Assembly: GCA_964016885.1 (NCBI GenBank)
Contig: OZ024742.1
Location: forward strand, 278,318,001-278,382,000
DNA from: Eledone cirrhosa
Taxonomy: Eukaryota
DNA length: 64,000 bases
Direction: 5' to 3'
Below, piece after piece: positions 28,420 to 42,491 of this stretch; position 1 is the first letter of the stretch; each line of letters starts with the position of its first letter. The position numbers were made by a program, and so were the translations under genes. The notes beneath the pieces were generated by a model. That model searched no databases. It saw only the letters and a program-made list of their open reading frames with translations, and was not told the origin of the DNA.

Positions 28420-28475
28420 CAGACCTCAAGCCGTCTAAACGGCTTGAGGTCTGTCGTCGGGGTCATACTTTTAAC
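28417..28475 (+). repeat. Short hairpin of the half-hammerhead family
   Basis: cagacctcaagccgt ctaa acggcttgaggtctg tcgtcggggtcatac; shares sequence with 41773-41973 and 45101-45279. Confidence 0.75.
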
Positions 28476-28551
28476 TATGTATATATATATATACGTAAAT
28501 ATATTTATATATATATATTTTTTTAAAAATATATATCTATATATATATATA

Positions 28552-28594
<43 letters not shown>

Positions 28595-28699
28595 TATACA
28601 TACATATATATACATACATATATTTATATATATACATGTAAATATATATATATATATATATATAATTATATATACATACATATATTTATATATATATAT

Positions 28700-28736
<37 letters not shown>

Positions 28737-29103
28737 TCTGGGACAAATAGACAGTCTTACAGATAGGACAAGCCTTCGTAATGGTGGTGATGTGTCTGGT
28801 GAATTTATAGGAAAAGAAAGAATATTGTCATACACAAAATGTAGGTTGTATGATTGATACGATGAGTGGGACACTGTCATTGGTTCGATGTAACCGAGGT
28901 TTCAAGGTAAAATAATCTTGTTACCAGCAACAATGGAGGATAAATCACTTTGGTATTTTTCAATCGAGAAACTCGCCAAACATCAATATTGGAAGAGAAT
29001 AAGATCAAAGTGGCTTTAGATATCGTATTGTGTTTACAACAACCACATCACATGACACCTCACCCCTTGTTTATTTCTCTCTCTCTCTCTGTCACTCCCT
29101 CTC

Positions 29104-29206
<103 letters not shown>

Positions 29207-29226
29207 CATATACACATACATACATA

Positions 29227-29268
<42 letters not shown>

Positions 29269-29299
29269 TATATGTATATACATTTATATATATATATAC

Positions 29300-29332
<33 letters not shown>

Positions 29333-29333
29333 C

Positions 29334-29394
<61 letters not shown>

Positions 29395-29419
29395 TATATA
29401 TATATATATATATATACAC

Positions 29420-29454
<35 letters not shown>

Positions 29455-29604
29455 CATATATATATACATATACACATACATACATATATATGTATATATA
29501 TATATATATATATATACATATATATATGTATATACATTTATATATATATATACATATAAATATATATATATATATACATATACACATACATACATACATA
29601 TATA

Positions 29605-29674
<70 letters not shown>

Positions 29675-30068
29675 CATACATATATATATATACGTACTAC
29701 GAACATATATACACATATATACATATATATATATATCATATATATAATATATATAGTACAAACAGAAGAAAAAATATTATTGTATCAGCAGAACTAATAA
29801 TACAAATAACTAGAGCTGAACTGGAATAACATACACCAGCAGCAACAGCAGCAGCAGCAGTAGCAGCAGTAACAACAACAATAACAACAATAACAAGATG
29901 TACAACAACAATACCAATATTACTAATAACAAGAACAATAGGAACAATGACTACGAAACAAGTCAAACAATGAATATAGCAACAACAATAACCAGTTACC
30001 TACACAACAACATAGATAGCAACACCGCAACTACAGAACATTTTAATGAAATATAAACGACATAGAAA

Positions 30069-30427
30069 ATAATAATTGTTTCTACGTTAGGCACAAGGCC
30101 AGCAATTACCCAGTGCATTACTGGTACTTTATTTTATCGACCCCGTAAGGATGAAAGGCAAAGTCAACCGCGGCGGGATTTGAACTCAGATCGTAAAGGG
30201 ACGTAACTATGCTGGAAAGCATGGCGTCCGACCTTCTACCGATACTGCCAATCCACAATAATAATTGTTTCTACTTTTGGCACAAGGCCAGAAACCCACC
30301 AGTGTATTACTGGTACTTTATTATATCGACCCCGTAAGGATGAAAGGCAAAGTTAACCTTGGTGGGATTTGAACTCAGAATGGTAAGGGCAGTAACTCTA
30401 TGCGTCAAAGCATGGGGTCCGACCCTC
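30069..30427 (-). mobile_element. Two tandem SINE family A copies
   Basis: Both match family A (30069-30255 and 30257-30427). Confidence 0.92.
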
Positions 30428-30764
30428 AATAATAATAACGAAAAGAAACAGTAGTAAAGAAGAGAAAGGAGAATAACAAGTGCAATTTCACAAATCTACA
30501 AATTTACAAAGTAGAAAAAAAAAAAAAAATCTACAATTAATCAATAATAAGAACCATAACATCTACAAGAATATCGACAACAAGGATAACAACAATGATA
30601 GCAATTATAACAAGTACTGCAAAATTGCTACTTAACATCTCAAGGGTGATAGAGACAAACAGTCACATAAACCTTCTCTCTCACCTTAAAAATGTCACCT
30701 ATATAATGACCAACAATTACAGCTTTCCTAAAGCCAGATGACTGGATACCTATCTATTTATCTG

Positions 30765-30885
30765 TATTGGGGATTTCGATTGTTATATTTTCATGTTAAA
30801 ACTCTTTTTACACGACTGTATGTAAAATCCCCGCCATATGTCTTTTGTATTGTCCCCTTTTCTTGTGCACCCTTGTGGCAAATAA

Positions 30886-30960
<75 letters not shown>
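30765..30960 (+). mobile_element. Tx1/L1 family 3' UTR fragment with (TATC)n tail
   Basis: tgtatgtaaa...tgtcccctt...cccttgtggcaaataaa then (tatc)n, as at 35460-35600. Confidence 0.8.
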
Positions 30961-30964
30961 GATC

Positions 30965-31232
30965 TAAAGTCTGTCTCATGACAGAAGGCTCGTTAGGCCG
31001 ATGCTTATCCCACTTTTGTGGCGTGAAGCGACTGAGAGTAGAAGACTTCCTCCTCGACATGACGCTAGTCCATCGCAGGGTTAAAGCCCTGTTATTGCTT
31101 GTACTCATTTTCAGCTGAGTATACTGGAGCAAAGTGAAATGGAGTGTTTTGCTCAAGAACCCAGCCCAGCAATTGAACCTACGACATTATGATCCTAAGT
31201 CCATACCCTTTCCACTAGGCCCCGTTCCTCCA
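30965..31232 (-). mobile_element. tRNA-derived SINE with CORE-like and V-like segments
   Basis: Minus strand: tRNA-like head, ttcttgagcaaaacactccatttcactttgctccag, then aaccctgcgatggactagcgtc. Confidence 0.7.
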
Positions 31233-31244
31233 CATCATATTATT

Positions 31245-31600
31245 TATCAGCGAGCTCTCGCCCTCAGGGAGTTTGGTAGATGTTGTGTTGATATTCTCGA
31301 TAAAAATAAAGCTGTGTTAGTACGTAATTCTCCTGTGAAAACTGCCTGCTGAGGGGCCTCATAAGCTTCTCATCTCTTGGATCGGTAATTTCCTGTCAAA
31401 TCACAATATCATGGATTGTGTTGATGGAAACATGCTGTATCATCTCTGATATTCTCAAGTGATCGATCTGGCCCCCACATATACGTCATATACATCAATG
31501 ATCTACCTGTCGTAGCTTTTAGGAAACGTCCACTCCCATGCAGACGATACTGTCCATTTTATTCTTCTGTACCCTTCTTCATGAAAACGTCATCTACCCA
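31245..31600 (+). mobile_element. CR1/Jockey-like LINE RT fragment
   Basis: ALREFGRCCVDILDKNKA...SWIGNFLSN..CVDG...YVIYINDLP...HADDT with frameshifts. Confidence 0.7.
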
Positions 31601-31757
31601 CAACCCTGTCACCCCATGCCGAATCTGCACTGGCTATACAGAAACTCATTAAAATGGAATAATGGAATAGTGCCGATCGTGTCTCCTTCAAGCTTGTCTA
31701 GCAAAAAAAAAAAAAAAAAAATGCTTGAGGAAATGTTATTACATATAATTCCCTTAG

Positions 31758-31975
31758 CCCTTTAGCATTTAAACCGGCCATATCCGGTCAGAATTCTTTC
31801 ACCTCTTTCTGTTCAAAATGTCTGTAGGCCACTCATACTGATGTCAGGGTATTTTTCTGAAAATATATAATATCAAAATTTTATAGATTCGATATTATGT
31901 GAGATAAATTATGTGAGGTAAAGCATCTGCCGTAAAAAATAATAGTAAATATAATGTAATGTAAATGCTAAAGGG
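31758..31975. mobile_element. piggyBac-type MITE
   Basis: TIR ccctttagcattta / taaatgctaaaggg; flanked by ttag (left) and ttaa (right). Confidence 0.8.
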
Positions 31976-32149
31976 TTAAATATGAGCAGCGCGCCACAAC
32001 TTCCTTACGATCGCTTTAAATGATAGTCTTCACAACCATTGAGTATTTCATTTAGAAAACGTATGTGATTTAACACAAAAAAATCTTGACTTTCAAAGAC
32101 TTTTCTCTTCAAAGCAAGTAAATACTAATTATTTTCAAAGTTCATGTGG

Positions 32150-32297
32150 CCCTCACAACAACATCATCAACAACAACAGTATCACAACCATCACTGTCAG
32201 AAGAACCACCTCCACTTCCACTAAAACCAGCAACAACAACAACAGAATCACAACCCGCCATCACTGTCATAAAAACAACCTCCACTTCCACTATAAG

Positions 32298-32335
<38 letters not shown>

Positions 32336-32388
32336 GAATCACAACCATCACTGTCAGCAGAACCACCTCCACTTCCACTATAACCAGT

Positions 32389-32419
<31 letters not shown>

Positions 32420-32592
32420 GCAACAACAACAACAGCAACAACAACAACAACAACAACAACAACAACCACAACAGAATCACAACCGCCATCACTGTCAGAA
32501 AAACAACCTCCACTTCCACTATAAGCAACAACAACAACAGAATCACAACCATCACTGTCAGCAGAACCACCTTCACTTCCACTATAACCAGT

Positions 32593-32647
<55 letters not shown>

Positions 32648-32702
32648 GAATCACAACGCCATCACTGTCAGCAGAACCACCTTCACTTCCACTATAACCA
32701 GT

Positions 32703-32757
<55 letters not shown>

Positions 32758-32820
32758 GAATCACAACGCCATCACTGTCAGCAGAACCACCTTCACTTCC
32801 ACTATAACCAGTAACAACAA

Positions 32821-32856
<36 letters not shown>

Positions 32857-32918
32857 ACACAGAATCACAACCGCCATCACTGTCAGGTAGAACCACCTCC
32901 ACTTCCACTATAACCAGT

Positions 32919-32954
<36 letters not shown>

Positions 32955-33014
32955 AACAGAATCACAACCGCCATCACTGTCAGCAGAACCACCTCCACTT
33001 CCACTATAACCAGT

Positions 33015-33050
<36 letters not shown>

Positions 33051-33195
33051 AACAGAATCACAACCGCCATCACTGTCAGCAGAACCACCTCCACTTCCAC
33101 TATAACCAGTAACAACAACAACAACAACAAGATCAACAACATCAACAACAACAGAATCACAACCGCCATCACTGTCAGAAGAACAGCCAACATCA
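32150..33195. repeat. Minisatellite: ~55-bp core plus variable (AAC)n
   Basis: agaatcacaaccgccatcactgtcagcagaaccacctccacttccactataaccagt repeated about 12-13 times. Confidence 0.95.
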
Positions 33196-33944
33196 TATTT
33201 CAGCAGGGTACTGTTATGCCTGCTTTCTGTATAGCTGCCATGTTTCGTATTCTTGAACGAATTCGAAATTTAAGAGGTAAAGTCGAGGGTACGATAGTTC
33301 AATGGTATGATGGTGCGATGCTTGTGATGGTTGAGATAGTCCGGTGGTCGATTCCACCTGAGAATGATGGCATCGGTAAAGCCATGTTGAACGTTGCAGA
33401 GAGATTAATTAATTGTCACTGACACATCGAAAACTTTTAATGATATTATGAATATCCCAAATGTGGTTTCATATATCCATTAATGTCAATCTATGAACAG
33501 CCGAAATCTCCTCCTCCTCCTCCTCCTCCTCCTCCTCCTTCTCCTTCTCTTTCTCTTTGCCTCTGCTTCTCTAAACTTACTGCTGCCATATATTATGTGA
33601 TGTTTCTACCTCTCTTCTTTTTATTGTATCTTTGTTGCTTCACCTCCCTCTCTCTCCCCCACTCTCTTTCCCCTCTCCCTATCCACCACCTCTCTCTCTC
33701 TCCGTTTTTCTCTTTATCAGGTCTCTTTTTCTCTCTTCCACTCGTAATGTATATAATGTTTGCGTCTTAATAATTCCCTCCGCCTTCTCACATACAAATT
33801 CAATTGCGCGTTCTCCCCCTCCCCCTCCCCTCTCGCTCTCACACACCCACACACATTCAAACACAACTCTCACTCTCTCCCATGCTTCATTAGCTCGTCT
33901 CTCTGTATTTTATGTCTATATGTTTGCGTCTTCTACGTCTCCCC

Positions 33945-34031
<87 letters not shown>

Positions 34032-34067
34032 TATATATATTATATAAACATATACATATATATATCC

Positions 34068-34236
<169 letters not shown>

Positions 34237-34332
34237 TGTATATATATATATACATATATACGTACCTATATATATGTGTATATATATATATGCATACATT
34301 ATATATATATATAATGTATATATATATAATGA

Positions 34333-34520
34333 AGGCGGTGGATTGGCAGTATCGGTAGAGGGTCGGACGCCATGCTTTGAAGCATAGTTACCTCCCTGTA
34401 TGATCTGAGTTCAAATCCCGCCGAGGTTAACTTTGCCTTTCATCCTTACGGGGTCGATAAAATAAAGTACCAGTAATGCACTGGGATAATTGCTGGCCTT
34501 GTGCCAAAAGTAGAAACAAT
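34333..34520 (+). mobile_element. SINE family A, full length (reference copy)
   Basis: A box tggcagtatcgg, B box gagttcaaatccc, core ctttgcctttcatccttacggggtcgataaaataaagtaccag, tail ggccttgtgccaaaagtagaaacaatt. Confidence 0.93.
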
Positions 34521-34946
34521 TATATATATATCACTTCTCAACGATATAAATTGTAAACTAAATGACATGCTTCAGTTTAAGCAATGTATTCTACTCTTCT
34601 CTCTTCCTTTACCTAGCCCCACTTCAAATGTTATACACACACAACACACACACGCACACACACACACGCACACACGCATACTCAACACACACATGCACAG
34701 ACAACACACGCAACATACACACAACACACACACAAACACACACACATATACACAACACACAACAATCAACAGAAACGCACACATACGTGCACCTATATAT
34801 AATTACACGATTTAAATTCTCTCAGTAAGTCTCCGCCATTTTACATCTTATATTCAGTCCTTCTACTTTCCTTTTCTCCCTCCTTTTTTTAATTCATATA
34901 AATCGTTTACCAAAACATCTATCTAACTATTTATCTATGTATTTAC

Positions 34947-35528
34947 CGACCTGTGGGGCTATGTACAACGACTATTGTCGCGGGTGGGATCAACCCAGTT
35001 GACCACCGAGTCCATTGTCATGATCAAACCGCCACCCTCCTTCAAAAACGAGGGAGAGGCGGTTTTCCTATATGTTATGGCTATGGTGAAAGAGGTTATA
35101 TGGTGGACGAGGTTAAAAGGGCTGAGGTCAGACACCTTTCTCTCCGGCGAGCAACTGATTCGTTTTTTCAAATATCATTTTGGAAGAAGAATCAGGATGG
35201 AGAGAGAGGTGCTGTACCCAGCACATTTTATAAAAGGTGGGTGAATGTGGCAAAGATGGCCGAGTGGTTGGGCCTTCTCTCTATATAAGCCTGTAGGTTG
35301 AGGAAAAAGAGGAAGAGAGGAAGGGAGTACTCACTCTTGGTGCTGGTGGAGATGAGGGTTGTACATTTTTTCGGGGTGTGTACACCCCTGTGTAACACCT
35401 CTCCCCTATTGGGGATTTCAATTGTTATTTGTTATTGTATTAATAGTTTTATTTTCATATACCTGTATGTAAACTCCCCATTTGTGTTTGTCCCCTTCTT
35501 TTGTGCCCTTGTGGCTAATGAATAAATG

Positions 35529-35595
<67 letters not shown>

Positions 35596-35600
35596 TTATC
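34947..35600 (+). mobile_element. 5'-truncated Tx1/L1 LINE
   Basis: LTTESIVMIKPPPSFKNEGEAVFL..KEVIWWTRLKGL is homologous to 44280-44580; 3' UTR, aataaa and (TATC)n tail. Confidence 0.88.
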
Positions 35601-35939
35601 TATCTATCTTCATATCTATCAGTCTCTCTATCTATCTACGTATTAATCTTTTCCTCTCTCCACATACATACAGGCTTACACCCACACATACACACACACA
35701 CATTCACACACACACTCACATACACATATACATCCACAGACACATCCAAACACACAAACACACATACATACACACACACAGGCACATCAAATTTCGATTA
35801 CTCAGAACGAGAATACGCTCTTACACTCATCATCTCAACCCGCAACATGCTCTCTTTCTTTCTCTCCCCTCTCACTGTGTATCACTTTACCTCTATCTCT
35901 TTCTCGTTGTGCTTATATATATACATACATATATATATA

Positions 35940-36021
35940 TTGGGTCATCAAGTATGAAATTTGTAGCAATTTTAAGAAAAGAAACGAAATTTCTACAAAT
36001 TTAATACTTGACGATCTCCAA
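35940..36021. mobile_element. ~80-bp hairpin element (MITE-like), copy 1
   Basis: ttgggtcatcaagtatgaaatttgtag...ctacaaatttaatacttgacgatctccaa in (TA)n. Confidence 0.8.
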
Positions 36022-36034
36022 TATATATATATAC

Positions 36035-36083
<49 letters not shown>

Positions 36084-36105
36084 CACATATATATATATAT
36101 ATATA

Positions 36106-36180
36106 TTGGATCGTCAAATATGAAATTTGTAGAAATTTGTTTTTTTTCTTGAAATTTCTACAAATTTCATACTTGATGAC

Positions 36181-36184
<4 letters not shown>
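36106..36184. mobile_element. ~80-bp hairpin element, copy 2
   Basis: Same arms; loop is the reverse complement of the copy 1 loop. Confidence 0.8.
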
Positions 36185-36214
<30 letters not shown>

Positions 36215-36218
<4 letters not shown>

Positions 36219-37002
36219 TAAAGTAGGTCCTTCATCAGTGATCTTCCCACCATCCTTGGTATTTCTTCTCTTTAAAGATCATATACCTCCGGTTGGTGCG
36301 AGTAACGGCTAAAGAAAGTCGTTGGAACACGTAAATAAAGGTAACAGCGAGAGTGTAAACAAACAAAGATGGTGAAGCAATGAAAAGTGAGGAAGAACGA
36401 GTCAAGTCCCAAATTTCCATGAATATAAGTTCGGTGAAATCGTGAACGAGAGAGAATAAAGACCATCAAACCTGGATGGAATGTGAGCAAGGAAGGAATT
36501 CCGCACAGGTCTAACGGGAGGAAGAAGGAATCTAGTCTGTGAATTCGGTGAACATAAGTTCTGTGAAATCGTAGACGAGAGAGAGAAAAAAGGCGAACCG
36601 ACCTGACGAAGCGTGCGAAAGAAAAGAATTACGCAGAGGTCAAACGGGAAGGAGGAGGAGGAGAGGTAGTAACAGAGAGTGAGTGAGTGAAGGGTGAGGA
36701 AGAGGCTAACAGAGAGAGTGACTGTTAGAGAGGGTAAAGATACAGAGAAAGAGGAAGCAGTAAGAACGAAATAGACGGGTCACAGCGGGGGAAGAAATAT
36801 GTGTAAATATGAGAATAAACGTGCTGCGTGGTTGCAAATGGGTTACATATGAATAAAGTTAGTCCTTCATCAGTGATCTTCCAACCATCATTGGTATTTC
36901 ATCGCTTTAAAGACCATATACCTCCGGTTGGTGCGAGCAACGGCTAAAGAAAATCGTTGGGACACGTAAATAAAGGGAACAGCGAGAGTCTAAACAAACA
37001 AA
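36215..37002. mobile_element. Non-coding element with ~150-bp terminal direct repeats (period 635 bp)
   Basis: 36215-36367 matches 36850-37002; internal ~130-bp tandem duplication at 36420-36660; (TA)n flanks. Confidence 0.85.
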
Positions 37003-37025
37003 TATATATATATATGTATGTATAT

Positions 37026-37094
37026 AAGTATGAAATTTGTAGAAATTTTAAGAAAAAACACAAATTTCTACAAATGTTATACTTGACGATCCAA
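37026..37094. mobile_element. ~80-bp hairpin element, copy 3 (left arm truncated)
   Basis: aagtatgaaatttgtagaaattt...ctacaaatgttatacttgacgatccaa. Confidence 0.78.
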
Positions 37095-37097
37095 TAT

Positions 37098-37167
<70 letters not shown>

Positions 37168-37170
<3 letters not shown>

Positions 37171-37247
37171 ACTCGTCAATTATGAAATTTGTAGAAATTT
37201 GTGTTTTTTTCTTCAAATTTCTACAAATTTCATACTTGACGATCCAA
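37168..37247. mobile_element. ~80-bp hairpin element, copy 4
   Basis: Same arms, oriented like copy 2. Confidence 0.8.
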
Positions 37248-37789
37248 TATATATATGTATATATGTATCTATATCCTAACTCAGAAGAGCCATTGCTTTC
37301 TCTCACTAGGTATATGTTTCTATCTCCTCAACTTCAGACAAACTACTGTCCTCGATTTCTCTATATCTTTTACTTTCCATATTTCTGCCTACCTCTCGCT
37401 ATGTATATGAGCTTATCTCTCTAATTCAGATACGCCACTGTCTTCCCTCGCTCCAACTCTCTCTCCCCCTCCCGCTCTCTCTCTCTCTCTCTCCCACCTT
37501 CTCTCTCTCACTCACTCTCTCTCTCTACTCAATATATTTATCTGTATTCCATCACCACTGCTATTGAGTGATTTATGACGTTAAACGGTACCAAACATGT
37601 TCCAGCCACATTAGATTCTTCAATAAAAGTCTTCTGGGGAAAGGAAACCTCTCAAAACAAGCCATAGCAGGAAGAGACACACACACACACACACTCACAC
37701 CCACATACACTCTCTCTCTGTCACACACACACACACGCACAAACAAACAAGCAAACAAGCAAACAAAGACACACACATATCCGTCCCCA

Positions 37790-37841
<52 letters not shown>

Positions 37842-38002
37842 GTATGCATGTATGTATGTATGCGTGTGTTTATATAGATATATAGGTTAGATTGTTTCAG
37901 GCCCCGAGTCTCATCAGTCATCAGGCCGGAGTTTAAACCAGTTTCATTAACATTAAGGACGTCAGTGTACCGCAGCATTACACCCTAATACGGACATACA
38001 TA

Positions 38003-38064
<62 letters not shown>

Positions 38065-38132
38065 CCTATCTATCTACCTATCTCTTTATATATATATACT
38101 TACCTATTTATCTCTATGTACATACAGCTATA

Positions 38133-38173
<41 letters not shown>

Positions 38174-38236
38174 TATATATATGCGTGTGTGTGTACGTAC
38201 ATAGAGATAAATAGGTAGGTAGATAGATAGTTAGAA

Positions 38237-38303
<67 letters not shown>

Positions 38304-39204
38304 TTCGGTTACATAAATATGTATATAGATAGACTAACAAACTGACAGAAAATTGCTCGAATAAGTTTGTAGAGTGAAAAGTCATTAAAGGAAGGTAATG
38401 GGAAGGGGGTTCCATGCTCTTGTTCTTACTGCTGCCCTTGCTTGTTTCCAGATGTATTTATATACACTTATTTATGCTCGGCTCTTTCCAGTTAAGTAAC
38501 CAAGTCGAACGGATTGCATGGAGTTTTAATGTACAAAAGTGATAAATTCAATTTTATGACTCTCCCGAAGATTATTTGTCATAAGAAATTTCGAGAAAGC
38601 TTGCTTGATATTAAATATGTTGCCCATATTTTCCGATTTATAGAATTCTCAAAAGAGCACACACATATAAAGGACCGATAGTAAGGATGGGAAATTATAA
38701 AACCATTTCACAAAGTTCAGAAACTCTCCTCCTCCATCTGCTCGCCTTTTACTCCACCTGCTCTCCTTTCCTCTACCTACTCCTCCCTATCTTCCCTCCT
38801 CCGTCCACTCCATTACTCCTTCCTTCTATCTTCATGGTTCTTGCGGAATATCGAATTTAGTTTAAATGGATTTATTCATATAATATAATCCTCAATCAAA
38901 TTTTCAGTTTGTTTATTATTGTTGTTATTATTGCTGTTGTGGTTGCTGCTGTTGTTGTTGTTGTCGTTTTTGTTGCGGTTACTGTTGTTGCTTTCATGGC
39001 TGATGCTGTTGTTGTTATTGTTGGTGTTGTTGCTTTCATGGCAGTTGCTGCTGCTGTTATTTGTGATGTTGCTGGTGTTGTTTTTATGGCTGTTGGTGTT
39101 GTCGGAGTTGACATCGCATAAGGAACGGGAAATGGGAAAAAGGAAAATTGTTGATATAACGAGAACAATAATGATAATACAAAAATATAATAAAAGTGAT
39201 TCAA

Positions 39205-39300
39205 AAGGAAGGATTGTCACATATAATGTGCTAGGAAGAATTTCTCCGAGAGTCACGCCAAGGGTGCAAGTGTCCGTAGATAGCCCAACAACTTGAAAAT
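39205..39300 (+). mobile_element. SINE family B tail fragment
   Basis: gattgtcaca..aatgtg..agaat.tc.ccgagagtcacgccaa matches 40510-40600. Confidence 0.65.
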
Positions 39301-39389
39301 TCTCCAATTGGAGGGGAAGACACCCATGAAGTAATTCCAGGCAAATCTCCTTCTCTTCCTCCTCCTCCTATTGAGAAACTGAGAAACGC

Positions 39390-40035
39390 TCGACTCCCGG
39401 TGTGCATTGCGCAGTTATCCATCGGAGGACGAATGTCACAGTCTTCGTAGTACTGGTTTTCATTCCTATCGTGTTGCACCCATCGGCAAACCTATTGTTT
39501 TACAACGAGTTCAATAGTATCATTGCGTCTCCAAATTCTAGTCAATTGATCCTATACCCAATGGCCTTAATACCACCTCTAGTCCGACTGCGCCTGTTAA
39601 TCATATTCATAAAGAAAGAGAACAGGAGAGGAGAGAGTACGCACCCCCGGGCGGATTCTAACATGCACATTGAATGGTTTCGAGGAAACACCATTTTTCG
39701 AACACAAATAATACAGAATTTGTATTGGGAATTCAAGTCAGCCAGAAGCTGTTCATCGATCTTATATTCCTACAGCATCTTCCACAACAGGTCCCGTGAA
39801 CGCAGTCATATGCTTTTTCGAGGTCCACGAAACAAGCATATCCCTCTTGGCAATACTCTCTCGATTTCTTGAAGACCTTCCACAAAGTGAATATTGGATC
39901 TGCTGTGTGACGGCCGGGACAAAAGACACACAGTTCAAGAGCTAGCTTGGACTCAACAATATCCCTAAAAACCTCCATCAAAATCTTTGGTCTACTCAAT
40001 GGCTTCAAGATAATTGAAAGTGTATTCTCACGGAT
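39390..40035 (-). mobile_element. RTE-clade LINE RT fragment
   Basis: PGRHTADPIFTL...CFVDLEKAYDCV...GCVLSPLLF...RFADGCNTIGMKTSTTKT with frameshifts. Confidence 0.9.
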
Positions 40036-40082
40036 TATTTCCCCTGCTGAGAAAAGTATAGTCAAAATATAGTCAAATAACA

Positions 40083-40300
40083 CTAATTGTTTCTGCTTTC
40101 GGCCCAAGGTCAGCAATTTGAAGAGAAGGGGGAAATAGATTAAATCGACTCCAGTGCGTGACTGGTACTTTATTTTATCGACCCCGTAAGAATGAAAGAC
40201 ACAGCTAACCTCATCCAGATTTGTACTTGGAACGTAAAGAGCCATAATTATACGTTACTTAGCATATTCACCGACACTATACGGATACTGCCAATCCACA
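40083..40300 (-). mobile_element. SINE family A (diverged)
   Basis: Family A core and tail. Confidence 0.85.
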
Positions 40301-40359
40301 GGCAGCACAATATAGCAATTATAATAGTGTATTACACACATAATAAATTATTCTTCGTG

Positions 40360-40670
40360 AAGGCCAGTGGCCTCGTGGTTGAATGAGAATAGTCTTTGGG
40401 CATAACCTTATATTTAATGTGGTTCCAGACCACTCAGCTGGATAAAAGAAGTTGTACCTGTGTTTCAAACATAACTGAATAAAGTGTTTGTAGGGGGTTA
40501 TTCAAATGGCACGATTGTCACACACAATGTGTCAGGTAGAATCTCCCCGAGAGTCACGCCAATTGTGCACGTCACTGTAGAATGCCCAACCACTTCAACG
40601 GTAATTTTACGAACAGTGTGTTACATTGGTCAAACAAGTGGAATACTCGTCATCGGAGGACCAGCACACA
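40360..40670 (+). mobile_element. Old SINE, family B
   Basis: tRNA-like start gtggcctcgtggtt, ccactcagctgg..aagttgtacctg, tail shared with 4870-5180. Confidence 0.65.
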
Positions 40671-40973
40671 TATATTAATAAATACACAGATCAATACGTA
40701 TGCCTCACATATGATCCAACAAATCCAATTATGCATTCTTACATGGAGCAGAATGTCGAAGCACTTTTTCATAATAATTAGATTAAATGAGATATTATTA
40801 GATAAGAAATTGAGCATGGTCTCTGAAAATATGGTCTGTCTTTATATATTATTTCCTCGGTACTAGATATATTATATAATCGAAACTATTACTATACACA
40901 GGAGCCTGTAATGCAAATATCTGTTAGAAAAACGAAATGCATCTCTTTATACGTACACACACAAATACACACG

Positions 40974-41110
<137 letters not shown>

Positions 41111-41167
41111 GTATGTATATATATATATTAATTTATATATATATATATATATGTATGCATATGTATA

Positions 41168-41258
<91 letters not shown>

Positions 41259-41268
41259 ATGTATATGC

Positions 41269-41402
<134 letters not shown>

Positions 41403-41772
41403 ATTCATATATGGAGATAAACAATGAAAAATAAGATTCGAATGTATTGCTTTACGATCGTTTCCGCTTTGTGTAAAATACGTTTTATACCACTAGCCCC
41501 CGGGACAAAATCTATTTGTTTCTCTAATCATTTAGTATATTATCTGTATGATTAAAGTTGTTGTTTCCGAAGATACCAGTGCAATGCAAGGCAACAATCG
41601 TAAAAGAATAAATTATCATATTGTTTCATTGTATAAATAACACTATCTCATCGTTGCTTGTGTCTAAGGAGCCTGCTATCAATACACACACGCACAGACA
41701 CAGACACACACACACACAGATACAAACACACACACACACACACACGCACGCACACCGCACACACACATATAT

Positions 41773-41973
41773 ATATAACGAAGGAAATGTGGTAAGGAAC
41801 CAGATGGACCACAACGCACCAAAGCACTCAATACTTAGGGTAGAAGAGTGGGTAATAGGACCGAGTAGGACCCCGACGGCTGAGCTCAAGCCGTTTCGAC
41901 GGCTAATTCTGGACGCCAGAATTAGCCGTTGAAACGGCTTGAGCTCAGCCGTCGGGGTCCTATTCGGTCCTAT
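41773..41973 (-). mobile_element. Fold-back insert carrying the 3' half of a hammerhead
   Basis: Palindrome 41855-41973 with loop acg at 41913-41915; minus strand gtc GAAA cggct..agccg TC gggg; homologous to 45101-45279. Confidence 0.8.
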
Positions 41974-42491
41974 ATATATATATATATATTTCTCCAATAA
42001 TTTGTGACCGAATCGGATGTTGTTTATTACAATTTTAGCTTAACTTTTAAAACTTATATAAGATGGTAATGAGCGGCTAGGTTCGCTCTGCTGTAATAGT
42101 TAAATTCTATGGGCCGGTACGCGGCAAAAATAGGCGTCTTTGTTCGCTTTTTACGTCTCTAGGGATTTTTAAGCGACATATTCAACTATAAGTATATGTA
42201 TTCAAACTGGCGGCTTTACAAATATATATATCATTACAGTTGCTACATAGTGGGACTAAAGTGCTTACACGAGATATGCATATATAAATAAGCATTTTTT
42301 TTATTCACTCCACTACCACAGGACAGAAATATTAATATCAGGAAAACTCTGTTTCAATATTACATTTATAATCAAGAGGAAGGAGCCTATAACATTTCAG
42401 TTCCTACTTTGCTTCATTTGCTTTCTAAAGTTTTGTATGCATAGCATTTGTTCAAAATACTTTCTTTCAGTACATCATTATAGTAAAATGC

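Noticed and set aside
32150-33195. CRISPR-like repeat-spacer appearance
   Set aside because: Spacers are only (AAC)n, not unique; eukaryotic context; no cas genes.
34333-34420. tRNA genes at A/B-box motifs
   Set aside because: These are SINE heads continuing into a shared core and tail; no cloverleaf.
36598-36630. cCTGACGAagcgtgcGAAA as a hammerhead
   Set aside because: No stem II of credible length, no stem III or stem I, and not conserved in the adjacent duplicate.
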